Origin: Ruditapes philippinarum
Taxonomy: Eukaryota
Assembly (NCBI RefSeq): GCF_026571515.1
Contig: NW_026851853.1
Span: 1 to 62,625, forward strand
Length of the DNA: 62,625 nucleotides
Direction: 5' to 3'
Shown here: piece by piece, positions 40,950 through 55,100 of the stretch
Numbering within the stretch: the first letter of the stretch is position 1
How the letters are laid out: every line of letters starts with the position of its first letter
Notes under the pieces: model-generated
Databases searched by the model: none
What the model saw: only the letters and a program-made list of their open reading frames with translations
Told to the model about the DNA's origin: nothing
Position numbers and translations under genes: made by a program

Positions 40950-42177
40950 CTTAACAAAGCTAAACAGTATGTTATGGCACACCAAACAACTAACTCCACT
41001 TTTATAACATAAGTGACACCCCCCGCCACCGCCCACAAAAACCAACAACAAAACAATAAAAAAACCCACAAAACAAATAAGCAAACAAACAAAAAACAAA
41101 CAAATTTCTCTGCCAACGAAACTGGCTATATATATATGTGTAGAATGCTTAATTCTATCTTTAAGATATTTTAATTCTTTGGAAGACTGAACAATACATA
41201 GTTTCACAATTGATTAAAGAAGAGCAAGTCTATTATACATATTAAGGAGAGATAATGCGGGAATACTTGTAAAAATGATATTCGTTTTCAATCTTTTTCA
41301 TATTACAAAAATTACAAATATTTTGTGAATAACTGGCAAAATTTTACAAATAAAACAGGGTGTGGGTGAACAAAGCTGCATAAACTAGTCATGTACATAA
41401 GTTAAAATATAAAATAACGATGAAAATGATGAAAGAAAGTTCATGTTTGCTATCTAAAGACAGTTCATGATGGCTTAAAGACAGTTCATAATTGCTGTAT
41501 AAATATCACCGGTATACAAAAACAAGCTTATTTTGTCATTGTCGGTTCAAAAAGAAGAAAAAAAAAGAAGATTTCATCCAAAAAGAGTAATGCATTTAAA
41601 CGGAAGGCATATATAATAGATAGTTTTCATTTTATCTAAATAAATCATTATCTTTAAGGAATAGATCTACGATTTATAGATAGACAAAATAGTATGAATT
41701 ACTTTAAATTGATGATTAATTTATTTTAATAAATACAGTGCCACCTCCACAGAACGACCCTCTGTACACCAACTGCGTCTTTACAACAGTTTCAATTTAC
41801 CAAATAAAGACTTCACGAAATGATTTTACCTCTCAACAGCAACACCTCTCGCCAACAACAAAAATATTTGCCTCCAAAATGAGGTCGCTCTGCAGAGGTT
41901 ATACTGTATGTCTCGATCAACGCGTACAAAGCTCTACATGTATTTAACTGATCAAAGTTAAAAACAAGAAGGACAACGGGTATCAATTATTCATTTGAGA
42001 AAATATGTTATACGATATAAACAATTTGTATACATATTTTTGTTAATTTCTAAAAGTATCAATACATGCAACACATCAGTATTATCAAGAGATCACAGCT
42101 AGCCAGACGATTTCACAGAAATCACTCCCTTCAAGATCTGAAAATAAAAAAATAAAAACAATGTCATGTTTAGAAAT

Positions 42178-42412
42178 GAGCCGCGTCACGACAAAACCAA
42201 CATAGTGCGTTTGCGACCAGCATGGATCCAGACCAGCCTGCGTATCCGCGCAGTCTGATCAGGATCCATGCTGTTCGCTATCAGTTTCTCTACTTGTAAT
42301 GGGGATTGTAAGCGAACAGCATGGATCCTGATCAGACTGCGCGGATGCGCAGGCTCGTCTGGATCCATGCTGGTCGCAAACGCATTACGTTGGTTTTGTC
42401 GTGACGCGGCTC
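42178..42412. mobile_element. Palindromic MITE copy 6 (235 bp)
   Basis: AAAT|gagccgcg...cgcggctc|AAAT; the spacer is in the same orientation as copy 1. Confidence 0.9.
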
Positions 42413-43231
42413 AAATCGAATCTTGCTCAGAGCCGTTTAAGGTTTTGACATGTGTGTTGTTTTTCATGACGTATGAATTGAACCATAGAACTACAAATAT
42501 CTATTACATTCATAATTCAGTGCCAAATGTTGACTACATAAAATAAACATTTTTCTTCAATAATTATTGCTCGAAATGATCGAATTCTTGAGATATCCAT
42601 TTGAATCTGTTTAACATTGTCTCCCTTTAACCATGACTTAAAATAGTCGTAAATTGTAAATATCTTAGCACTGCAGAGGTCAAACAGGAGATTACATGGT
42701 AATGTTTATATTACATTTATATTATATGGCAATGTTTATATTACATTTATATGGCAATATTTATATTACGTTATGTTAATAGCCAACACTGCTAATAGGA
42801 CATTAAGATATTGATACAAATGAATAATACATATTTATGTCTGAAGTAAACAAAATCATCACGACATTACTTTGCAACTGCAGTGAAAATATAATTTTGC
42901 CCCTAACCAAGTAACTTATACAATCACAAAAACAGTCATCAATGCACCTTATGGTGTATAATGTTCTTAAACATTTAAGAGGACATCAGTTGCCGAGTGG
43001 TACTGTAGCATGCGATCGTATCTGAACTAATGCACGGTGGGGCACGTGCATTCTTCCGTAATCAGTAATCAGTTGGAAAGTTGCCGTGCGACATATACAA
43101 TGTCGGTGTGAATTAAATCCAAAAACAAAAATAGTAATTAAATTAATGAATTATTATCTTGGACTTCATTGAAGTAGAGATAACAATAGAACCTACCGAC
43201 AGGTGATATGTAAGTAGACGACACAAGTATG

Positions 43232-46200
43232 TTAAGAGTACTGCTGGTATTGTTTTGGGTGAGTCTTTTTCATCTGGTCAACAAATTCTGCAATAATAAT
43301 ATAAAGAAAGTGATACTATGGTCAACATGCATTCATCGGCGGAACTTTAATCGAATTTTATCCATGTCCTTAAACACTTAAACAAATGTAATATTTTCAT
43401 GAAAATACGATAATTTAGAGGTTCACAGCCTATTGACTTAAAGTAATTCAATGCAAGTGCTTCGACGAAGTTGTGATAAGTAATACCTTGGAAGGAAATC
43501 TTGTCATCACCATCTTGGTCTGCTTCTTGCATCATCCCGTCTATCTCAGAATGATGGACTGGTTCGTCGGACATCTCGTCTGCAAAACACGTTTGATTAT
43601 TAAAGTGTGATGCGCATTGAAATATATACGTATGTACAACACTATAAAAGCGACGGCATCCCGTAAAGAATTATACTGTGAAAACAACACCCGGTAGAAT
43701 GTTTTTCACAGTCTTAATCCTTTGTAAGAGATAAATACCTCTAAAGCCACATAACTATTTATCTCCTTAAGGAAGTTGGTGTTTTGGTAACATGGCAAAA
43801 TCAATTCCTTGTATATAAGTCTCATTTCTTTCAATCATTCAGTTATGTACTAAATAAGAATAGTGTATGCATGTAAATAATAAATAATCAAGCACCCTCA
43901 TAACGATCGGAATGATCGGCTTTTATTATGACCGACTAAAAGGCTCGAGAAGTTGCTGTCGCCCTTTCACAAAATCTGATTTCATTCCATAAAGGGGCGC
44001 CGCGCTTCGGCGCGGACGCCAATGAATATTGACGTCAATGGTATGATGCAGTTCTTGTAGATTTAATTGCTTCAGGACATGTTTCGCTGCGTTGAACTTT
44101 CATCAGAAATTATTTAGAGGCATGAATAAGATAATGTAACCACGTGATCAATGTTTCGATTTACTGAAATTGTAACCAAGTCGTTTTCTTCATTCTAGAA
44201 CAAATACACATAAAAACAAGAGGGCCATGATGGCCCTGAAGTCGCTCACCTGTATATAGGCCCTCGTAGCGGGGCCAGTTTTAACCCCAGGGCTTTTATT
44301 TGAACAAACTTGGTAGACACCCATTAGAAGATGTTTCATGCTAAACATCTAAGGTCTAGCTGGTCAAGTTTTTTCTTTACACATATAGTTAAAAACAATG
44401 ACACACCTGGGGCAGGGCCAGTTTGGACCCAAGGGCTTTTATTTGAACAATCTTTGTAGACACTTACTAGAAATGTTTCATGCTTAATATCTGAACTCTA
44501 GCTATTCGGATTTTTCGAAGAAGATTTTTAAGTTTTTGCTATACACATATAAGGAAAATCAATGACCCCCGGGGTGGGGCCAATTTTGACCCAGGGCTTT
44601 TATTTGAACAAACTTTGTAGACACTTACTAGAAGATGTTTCATGCTTAATATCTAAACTCTAGCTATTAAGGTTTTTTCAAAGAAGATTTTTAAGTTTTT
44701 GCTATACACATATAAGGAAAATCAATGTCCCCTGGGGCGGAGCCAATTTTGACCCCAAGGCTTTTATTTGAACAAACTTTGTAGACACTCACTAGAAGAT
44801 GCTTCGCGCTTACTATCTAAACTCTAGCTATTTAAGTTTTTTTCAAAGAAGATTTTTTAAGTTTTTGCTATACACATATAAGGAAAATGAATGACCCCCG
44901 GGGCGGGGCCAATTTTGACCCCAGGGCATTTATTTGTATAAACTTGTTAGACACTCACTAGAAGATGTTTCATGCTTAGTATCTAAACTCTAGCTATTTG
45001 GTTTTTTTCAAAGAAGATTTTTTAAGTTTTTGCTATACACATATAAAGAAAATCAATGACCCCCGGGGCGGGGCCAATTTTGACCCCAGGGCTTTTATTT
45101 TAACAAACTTGGTAGACATCCATTAGAACATGTTTCATGCTAAATATCTTAGCTCTAGCTCTTCGGGTTCTTTAAAAGAAGATTTTTTAAGTTTTTAATA
45201 TATGCATATAGGGAAAATCAATGACCCCCTGGGCCGGGGCCAATTTTGACCCCAGGGATTTTATTTGAACAAACTTGGTAGACACCCATTAGAAGATGTT
45301 TCATGCTAAATTTCTTAGCTCCAGCTCTTTGGGTTCTTTAAAAGAAGAATTTTTAAGTTTTTACTATATGCATATAGGGAAAATCAATGACCCCCTGAGG
45401 TGGGGTCAATTTTGACCCAAGGTCTTTTATTTGAACAAACTTGTTAGACACTCATTAGAAGATGTTTCATGCCAAATATCTAAGCTCTAGCTCTTTGGTT
45501 TTTTTTAGAAGAAGATATTTAAAGTTTTTTCTTTTGGTTGCTATGGCAACTAGAGTTCTGCATGGAATGGAATTCTTTGAACAACTTTGTTAAGGCTTCA
45601 CACAAGGAACATCCCTGTGAAGTTTCATTATGATCTGCCTTATGGTTTCAGAGGAGATGTCGTTTTAAAAGTGTGAACGGACAACGGACGACGTACGACG
45701 GACGACAGACGACGGACGAAGAGTGATCCTTATAGCTCACCCTGAGCATATGCTCAGGTGAGCTAAAAAAAAACAACAAAAAAACTCGCAACAATCAAAA
45801 GAAACAAACAAGAAAAAAAGAATAAAGAATAAATAAATAGAAATGGAAATGATAAAAATGAACTTGTAAACTTGTCAAAAAGTGTGATCGTAGAAAAACT
45901 TCATTGAAATTTGTTTTCATTTCACGGAATGGAGAATAAATAAGTTAGATCTAAGAATCAATCACACAAAAATTGCATACCAAGAGCTCTTTTCATCTCT
46001 GCACGTGTTATAAATCCATCATTATCTCTATCAAATATTTTAAACATATGTTCTAACGGACCTTCAGATGCCATACCCCCATCAGTGAAGTTTTTAGCCA
46101 TCATATTTAAAAATTCGGGGAAGTTTATTACTCCATCACCTGAAATAGATAAAGTTGATAATTTCATCGTCTGCATTGTTGGCCTTTTTTTAGGTAAAAC

Positions 46201-46869
46201 AGGTACAGTGTGATTGAAGATTCAAATCTTAATCAATAAAATTAGAAAACGATCATGTTTTTATCTGATGGAGATCAATGTCACGCTGACATTGTGAAAA
46301 TCATCCAGAAAGTGTCTCAGACTGGTATTTCAGGTCAAGACATATTGGTTAAACTACGGACCTTCCAAATGGCTCATCCAATGATAAACATTATATGATA
46401 TCTAATGAGTGTCAGTCTTTCATACCAATATTTGCCTTATAACCACAACACTGTGAAAATATGCTGATTGTGTTAGTAGGACTGGATAAAAAAAACGACC
46501 CGTGCAACAAATTATTAAGTTAATCGAAGTAAAATGTTGCGAAAACTGACTTAGGGCCCGTCTACACCTATCCAAGTCTTGAATGCAAGTATCATATTCT
46601 CTTGTATTGCATGGTGTAGAATGAGTTTTAAAGAGAAATTATGTGACAATCAAGAAGATAATTCCTTGCAAGAAAGTTAATACACGTTCTATTTTTCTAC
46701 AAGTTTTTAGCTGTCAAGAAACTGATAACACCGGTTTGACACAAAACATGTGCCCCGAAGGTGTGATAGTGGTTTTTTTATATTATTTTCTGACCTTTTT
46801 TGTTACTGGTAAATGTATACAAATATCTTGATCCAGAGGAACAGATCAATACACTGATACACAGAAGAG

Positions 46870-46922
<53 letters not shown>

Positions 46923-48854
46923 TAGTCAAAATGGATTTTAAATGATCTTGTTCATTTAGTGAATAACTTTCATCAAATAAAGAATTTGCATCAATTCATC
47001 AGCTTAAAAATATTTTCTCACATTTTCCATTATTTTAAAAGAATGTACACATTTCAATTTCATTTAATTCATTTTTTTTAGCTAATTGCATCATTTCCCC
47101 CCTTTTTTATTCACATATTTTACAGAAACATGATAGTCTTGCAAGGACAAAGGTATAAAACCTGGGCAATCTTAATTAGATATTTCAGAAAAATTGTGTC
47201 TGATTAAATATTGAAAGGGCCATTTATTTAGCTTATCTAAATGTGACATGTAAGAAACTTGAATAGGTGTAGACGCGGCCTTGGGCAAACCTAAACACGA
47301 ATAAACACCACAATACAATTAATTATATATGACAAGAGTGTTACATACTGAAAAAGCAACAGCGACTTGAGCATACAAATAAGGCTTCAACAGACGGTAA
47401 TGAGAATAACAGAAGTTTCAGTGACATTATAATACAAGATTTCTTAACAATTTAAAAAATATATACGCTGTCTCACGCTTGCCTCAAGAAACAAGGAAGC
47501 ACAAAATAATACTTATTATCAGTGTTTACTATAGATACCCTTGTACGAATATATAAGTTGGCGCTAATGGGCCACCATAGTTTACCGTCAGTGTCGAATT
47601 CAGCAATAACTCGTTCAATTTGCTCGTTCGTTCCATCTTTTCCTAGTGAAATAAGAATGTCTTTCATCTCCGCCTTCTTGATGTACCCATCATTGTTCTT
47701 GTCAAAAATCGCGAACGCGTCCTTCAAATCTGAAAATAATTCAAACTTCAATCAAAACTTGATAAAATTTACAATCTTCTTTTGCTTCATATGGGGACAT
47801 ATAATGAAGATCTGAAAGTTAAAACCTCATGTTTATCATAACAGTCATCTTTCAAGTCTTAAAAATTACAGATTTAAATAAAACCAGATCTACAGGGTGT
47901 TTATAAATTTATATCGTTTTCAATTTTAAGAAGTGAATCAATATATTAAATGATATCGCATCGGTGAATAACTTCTGTCACAGCACAGTGATTTGGATAT
48001 GTAAACCGGACTATTTTAAGATACATTTTTTGGCTGTTTAAAGCCCACGCATTAATATCCTAGTTTGTTGTAAGATTGTATATAAGTAACCATCCGAAGG
48101 TAAACATACCTTAAAGGTACATTGTATAATTAACTTGGAAGACATACAGTATACAAAACACAAAACTGTACGAAAAGAATGTAGCGCGAGATACATGTAC
48201 ATGTATATTATTGCCTAGCATGTATCATTAGTCCAATGCTTTTTTCATGAATATAAAATATCATTATGTATGTAGTAAATGTATGTGTTCATGTAAAACA
48301 TACCAATAATTTCTTTTTCTGTCAATCTGCTCCCCTGAAATATGAAACAGAATATTCATGAATAGTAGATTACAAGTTAACACAGATTTACATTATCAGT
48401 TCGGTAGATTTGTCATAGCAGATCATTTTCTCAAAACATCGAAATATATACATATTTATGATACTTTAATAGAATTGTTTCTGTAGTGTTGTCAGACTTA
48501 TAATTATTATAATATGGATATGAATACATGAATTAATTAAGAGATGAATAGCCTGTCTTCGATTGTCGATGCATTTCCCAAAACGTGTCAAAATATCCAT
48601 ATATGACTCACAAATATACATGTTTTGGCTACATTAACTATAGGACATTGAGATAACTTCCTTTTACGTTCACCACACTAATTTGTCGTCTGCTGTAAGA
48701 AATTCATCAAAACATACTTGTCATATTCTGTAGCGTATATTACTCTAAAGGTTTGTTAATATTCAAAAATGAGTCACATGCATACATAAGTAACGACTTA
48801 ATTATATGTTACATGAACAGTGATGAACATGAAAATAAAATTTAAACTCACCAT
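43232..48854 (-). CDS. Calmodulin-like EF-hand protein A, 161 aa; exons 48854-48852, 48334-48304, 47729-47586, 46139-45981, 43579-43487, 43287-43232
   Basis: Exons of 3+31+144+159+93+56 = 486 nt join in frame, all GT-AG. Four EF loops: DKNNDGYIKKAE, DTDGDGVINFPE, DRDNDGFITRAE, DQDGDDKISFQE. The protein ends EFVDQMKKTHPKQYQQYS*. Confidence 0.9.
44216..45764. mobile_element. Second copy of the same HINE-like family, intron of calmodulin-like A
   Basis: Same left end, about 7-8 units of ~165 bp, a (gacg/ggac)n microsatellite and a terminal hairpin cctgagcat-atgctcagg followed by tgagct. Confidence 0.8.
46553..47281. mobile_element. TIR element (PIF/Harbinger-like MITE) carrying a 48-nt poly(A) tract
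   Basis: agggcccgtctacacctatccaagt is inverted relative to acttgaataggtgtagacgcggcct. The A-run is at 46873-46920. Confidence 0.55.
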
Positions 48855-51800
48855 TATAAAATATTTAATTGTCTCTCAAATATCCAAAAGTAAGCATTCG
48901 AACAAAACTAAATAGGAAGTGGAAATAAACACAAATATCAGAAATCGATAGAACGTAATGAAAATTGTGTGTGTAAAAGGATTTACAACTTATTTGTGGG
49001 TGGTTAAGTTATTCGCACACTCGTTCAAATACACCTTAGTCACCGAGTCAGAAAGTGGTCATGGTTGATGTGTCATAACAATTCGCGCGTGAAACGATTT
49101 TGTTCCCTGCGGTCTCCAGACCGCAGGGTATTGGTACGCGTTTAACTTTTGAGGCATGGAGGAGCACGTGACCTGTTTTCGGTACATGGAGGAGCATGTG
49201 ATCTGTAAACCGTACATGATTGGTTAATTGACCTTTTCGAAAACCTAGCTAAATACCGTTTGCCGGTACGTTACGGATTTACCTCTAGGGAATTAGTCCG
49301 AATTACACCTAATTAAGAACAAAAAACTATTACGTGATATTTCACATTTTCTATAATTATTTTACTGTTTAAGATGGAAAAACTTGAATGATGTGTTTGA
49401 AAATGATCAATGTATCTTTAAAATCTATCTCAAATTTTACAAACAATAAATTGTTTATACTGAAAATCTACAAAATTAAAATATTCGTAGTGGCATCTGC
49501 CATAATAAATAGAGATATTTTCTGCGTAAACTTGTGTGTTTACTTTATTATTTGTTTGCTCGGAATTATTCATATAATGGTAGGCCTATTTAATCATTTT
49601 CTTAAAAAGAAAGAGATAATTGTTTTATGTTCGACCTTCTCCGGTCTTCAACGGTCACCAGTTTCCAAAGACCTTCTATATTGATCGATTATTGTCAACT
49701 ATATCACTGATACAAACGTTTATTTATTCCCCCTCCCCCACAAACAATGTTGAAAATAGTTCAATGAAATATCTTTTTATCATTTAAAATGTTCACCGCA
49801 GGAAACCATTTTACTTGTTTTATAAACAAATTGGACAGGTCAAAATTTACATAGTGTCATACAATATACAACTTTTATGTACAAGAGAAAAATTGACAAT
49901 CGGTTTTTAGCCGATTAGAATAAACGAAAACGAAAATAAACAAAGGCAACCCGTACGCTTTATTTCCGCCTTTTTCTGTAATTTATAATAGTTCAGTCGA
50001 TGTGATTTTTTTTTCGATTTTTTTGGAATATATATAGAATATAAATTGCTAATTTATAGTTATGTACTGTACATGTTCAGAAGATAGCATATAAAGAAAT
50101 AAATTTGTTTGCCTTAGGCAATTCAAACATAATAAATCATGCGATAAACGCAGTTGAGAAAATATATTTATAACGATATGCCAGATAAAGCAATCTTTTG
50201 TGAATGGTAAATGTTTGATAAATAGCCATATGAAATACTCGTTTTTGTGACGCCTTCTACAGAGTAGTGGCGGCATATAGGGATCACCTCTCCGTCGTAT
50301 GTCCGTCACAAAAACTGTCTGGACAAGTCCTCAAAAACTACTTGTGGTGTCACCCCGGTACGGAATTAGACCCAGCCCGTTGTAGTCTAGAAAGTAGTTC
50401 TTTTAAATTTTGAAATGGCCTATCTCAAGTCATCTTAATTGATACTGGTTATATTTTAAGTATATCTTTAGTAATTGTGTACATAAAGTTTCATTTCTGA
50501 TACTTTAAAGGTTGTTTTTGATGTATTTTTGCAGGATTTCATTTGTGGGTGGAAGGTTTCAGGAGGCACTATGCACAAGAATACACACCAGTTACTTTTT
50601 GGAATATTCTATAGTGATTACAGAAATTAAAAGCTGCAGAAACACTCCAAGGGCTAATGTATTATTTTTTGTGCTAAATTTACTCGGACTGCATTGGTGT
50701 TTAAAGAAATGGTCATGAAGTTTCGGTACCGGATTTGCTTTGTCCAGAATTTAGCCTTAAATGTGATGGATTTACTATAGGATATATGGGTCGAAAATTC
50801 AGTGGGCCGTCTCCTTGTGAAATTTCATCCAAACTTTACAAAAATGATCAGTACAAAGTCTAATTGTGTTCTAATCTGTTGCAATTTCATCAAATCTGTA
50901 CAGGAATGATCAGTACCAAGTCCAGTTGTGCATATCGTCCGTATTTTTCAGTTATATGATTTTTGCCAGAGTGATGTCCCTTTAATGATTTTTTAAAGTT
51001 TTGTCTTGATGACTTCTCTTATACAATAAAAAAAAATCGCGTTTTGGCCTATTAATGTTTTTTTTGTGTATCCTGCTACTGCACAGTAGCTGCAGCGTGC
51101 ATTTCGCTTTTATCTGGCGACACATGTGGCCACTGATTGCCCTTGTATTGATTATACTATACATGTATCTGTTTCCAAAAATCTGCCTCATTATTGAATG
51201 AGATCGCATACATGTATACATTTATTACACAGAAATGAGTTAGAAAACTCGATAAGTCTAATAGTTCTTCTTTATAAATACATTTATTTTGAAAATTTAT
51301 ATTTACTTCTTATTTTCATTGCACATGTTCTTCTTTTGAATAAATAAGAAAATAAAGCATTTCATACAACTTGGCTTTGTATCGTTTATTTAAAAAAAAG
51401 ATATTTATCATCTAGCAAAGAAAGCAAGCAAAAATGCACTTCTTGACTTGTTCCTTACTTTGAACAAAACAGAAAATAATACAACCCATTAACCTGCTAA
51501 ATGTGTGTGATGGATTTGCCTAGTTTTAATTTTGGATCAGTCCATTATATGTTCTAAGGATTTCAATATCAATATCATAAGACTGGGATCTTTGCTCTAA
51601 AGGCTTTTGTGGCAAGAAAAATTAATTTCTAGTAAGTGTTTCAAACAATCAGACAAGGTGGTAACTTTCCATCCTCCCTTTTCCAAAATAAAAAACAAAA
51701 CAAAATAAAACAACAACAGAAAAAAAAACAAACAAAACGAATCAAAAGCAACCTATGTTTCCAGATTTCATAAACAATACTTTTTATGTTGTTTAATTAT

Positions 51801-52152
51801 TGTTTTATTTCAGAATCTCAATCTACTCGTACTGCTGTTTACAACAAATACACCAGGAACATAATTTTAAGCTAAAATATGAGCTGAGTTCAGATAAAAT
51901 ATGTAAATACATTTGACAAAATTTATTCTCTTGCCAATTACTGTATGGCACGATCAGATGATTTGTGTTGAATTTATTTAATAACACAACATTTAGTAAA
52001 ATGTTAATACATTTTTCGTTCACATCCTTTATATCTGTTGCCAACTATCGTATAGTTCTATCAGATAAGTTGTGTAGAATACATAAAAATACATTTCACG
52101 TGAAACGAAAAAGGTGCTATTCCTCATGCGCATACTTCTATTACAGTAAATT

Positions 52153-55100
52153 TTATTCAAATTGAACCACGCCTTTTATTAGAACACCACCTTTCTCGTG
52201 TAATCTCAAAGCGGGCCACACAAAAAATTGCGGTTTAGTTCCAGTTTTTGTGTATGCCTTGTACAAATTTTTGTCAAATACTTCATCTTCTGTCGGCGGA
52301 CAAAGGAAAATTGGCGGGTCTTGAACACACATCCACCATGTTAACTCAACAGCTTTTTGTGCATACTTTGTAAATGCTTCGGGTGCCGCTGGCAATTTCG
52401 CCTTTCCTGTGATATGCGTCATCTTTCTTTTGGTAAATTCCTACGAAATTATAAAGCTTTTCTTATACAAATGTAGTAATTTATCAATTTAGTAATTTAT
52501 CAGCAGTATTTTTGTGAAAAAGAAAGAAAAGTTTCAACACAAACGATCAAAAGACACCACTAATTTAAAATGAATATTTCTTTTAAAGCCTGAATATCAC
52601 CAAATTAGCTGCTTAAGCGGACATAAAGACTTACAAATTGAAACAAATCTGGAGTCAACAATTGAGTTCCTTTTAGATTAATTATCATTATGAAATAAAA
52701 TGTATTGACAATATCTGATTATAGAAAGTCAACGCTAGAAAACAGACACACACAAATGTTGTTTTTTTAAGACTTTTATAAACTTTTATCAGATTTCAAA
52801 CGAGCCAATTTAAACATTTAAGTACTGTAACAATCATATGATAACATACCATTTTAAGCCTTTGCAATGCTTTACTGGCGATTTTCTTTCTGTATTGAAT
52901 GATTAAACTTTCACCATCCTTACTAGCATTGAGTGACTTTGAACTTGGAATCTGAAATTTATTGTAAAGTGGAATAACTGGAAAATTTCAAATCATTTAC
53001 CTATTAAATCAATTTAAATACATACCTAGAGGTAAAAATCAAATCAACTTGTTTTAGCATCATTTTATCGGTATTGTTAATGTAATAAAAGACAACTAAT
53101 GAAATAATAGATAACGTCATGGCAACAAAATTTTCAAAGTTTAAAATTGATGTGCTTACAAACATTCAACCCGTTTTTCGTCTTAATGCATATATAATCA
53201 ATATCAATTTCTGACCGGGAGCAAAATTCATCACAAGAAAGTCACATCTTCAAGTAGGTACGAGTTCAGGTGTTTCTTTTTTGTGCTTTCACCGTCGAGC
53301 TTGGTCGTTGAATATCGAATTTATATGTCTGGGGTTCAACCCTGAAAAGTTTATTCTACAATCTTACGTTAATAAAGTACATACCTCGTTTTTATACTTG
53401 TCTGGTCCAATCTCAAATATTGCATTCCAATGTTTTGTAATGTCCTTTATTTGTATCTCCGCTTCAACTGTACAGAATTTATAGGCTTCCTGAAATTCAG
53501 TATAAAATATAATTCTTAACTTGGTAAACAACTTCATTAAAGTGGATGGTCTATACAATGAGCACATTTTCCGTAAGTTAGTTATAACATTTAAATGATG
53601 AATAATAAATTGTTTTTTTTCCTAGAACATTTTATTTATGCTATATAAATATATGTAATATATCGGACCATGCATCTAATTCTTGCCAACAACATCATTA
53701 TGTAATGCTTTAGTGATTTGTTGTTGTGTATACTATCAATGTATTTATGCACTGTATTACTTACCTTCCATTATAGATCAATTCGCTTTGATATAACAGT
53801 GTAAGATTTTTTAACTGAAGAGTTTAGAAAAGAAAAGGATACAGTTTTATTCAATTCTGTTTAAAATACTTATTATTTCATTTAATTATAAAACATAGCT
53901 TATGATCGGTTTAGATTTCGATACCGGATTATGTCATTTAATTTTCTTTACCCTGTATTTCTTTCCTGTACAACAAAATTATCATAATATGTCCTATAGC
54001 AAAACCATTGCTGTTATTCTTTCTAATTTCGCTATATGTGTCTGATGTTATTTTCATAGGATGCCCTTCTATTTTTATAAAGAACTTCATTATATATATA
54101 TAGAAATAATTCAGTGTTTACCGTGACAACAGTTAGGAGAATTTCAATAGCTTCACTCTCTTTTCTACTTCTTTTGCTTAGTTCTTCAAAGGCTTCGGTC
54201 CATTCGTTATCATACAGTTCTGAAAACCTTTCAGCAATCTTTGTAGGTCTGTTAGGATCACTAAGATCAGCGATGTCTGGGTTATTCTGTCTCATTCTGA
54301 AACTTGCCAGCTTACTGAAAAGTATGATATTCATCTTAAAGATAAATAGCGGCTACTTCTATGTTGAATTTTAATGTTGATTTTTATAGAAATTTTAGTG
54401 CTATTCAAAGTAACATCAACAGACCGACTGCCATACACGTTTAAAAACACAGGACCCAATTACAATATCCCTGCATACGCGTAACAATATGTAGGTTGAT
54501 GCTTTACAAGTAAATCAGAAAAATAATCAGCAATATGTTTAAAATAATCAATTACTTAAACGCCGTTTCAATAAAATACTAAAAAAAAACACAAAAAAAA
54601 AACAACAAAACATTGTACTGTACAGTAACACAGCAAGACGTACATGGTTAACATAATGTTTGGATTAATAATCAAGAAGCGTTATTGATTTTTTTCAGTT
54701 TAAGTTTGTATCTAAAACTAACTTTTATGTCATTATTAGGACACCAGTTGACAGAATGACAGTATATCAATGGCAAATTAATTCAGCATATATTTAGCCT
54801 GGTATTTTAATCAATATCATTATAAATTTATTAAATTTGATATAAATGTATCAAAATCAAAACCTTCTTTCGAGTTTGTTATCAGTTGTATCAGCTGAAT
54901 TTCTTCGGTTAAAAGTTTCTTCATTTGTTGACGTTTTCCTTTCGTGTAGTTCCGATTGCCGAAACTCATCATCATAATCTTGCTTTTTATTCTCATCATT
55001 TTCAGTGTTCTGTCTAATCGGTTCCCCTTTAGGTTTATCGTTTGAATAATTAGCATGGTCATAAGGCTGGTGGCCTTTTCGCTGTTCTTCCTGCCCCTGA

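Noticed and set aside
35984-48854. One 8-EF-hand gene spanning both calmodulin-like loci
   Set aside because: Gene A has a terminal exon with a stop at 43232 and gene B has its own ATG exon at 39784.
53215-53341. Extra MIEAP-like exon after the ttttcag acceptor
   Set aside because: It would need a 43-nt intron and all three frames hit stops.
53765-53814. 50-nt candidate exon with good splice sites in the MIEAP-like gene
   Set aside because: Its length is not a multiple of 3 and the flanking exons already join in frame; at most a cryptic or poison exon.
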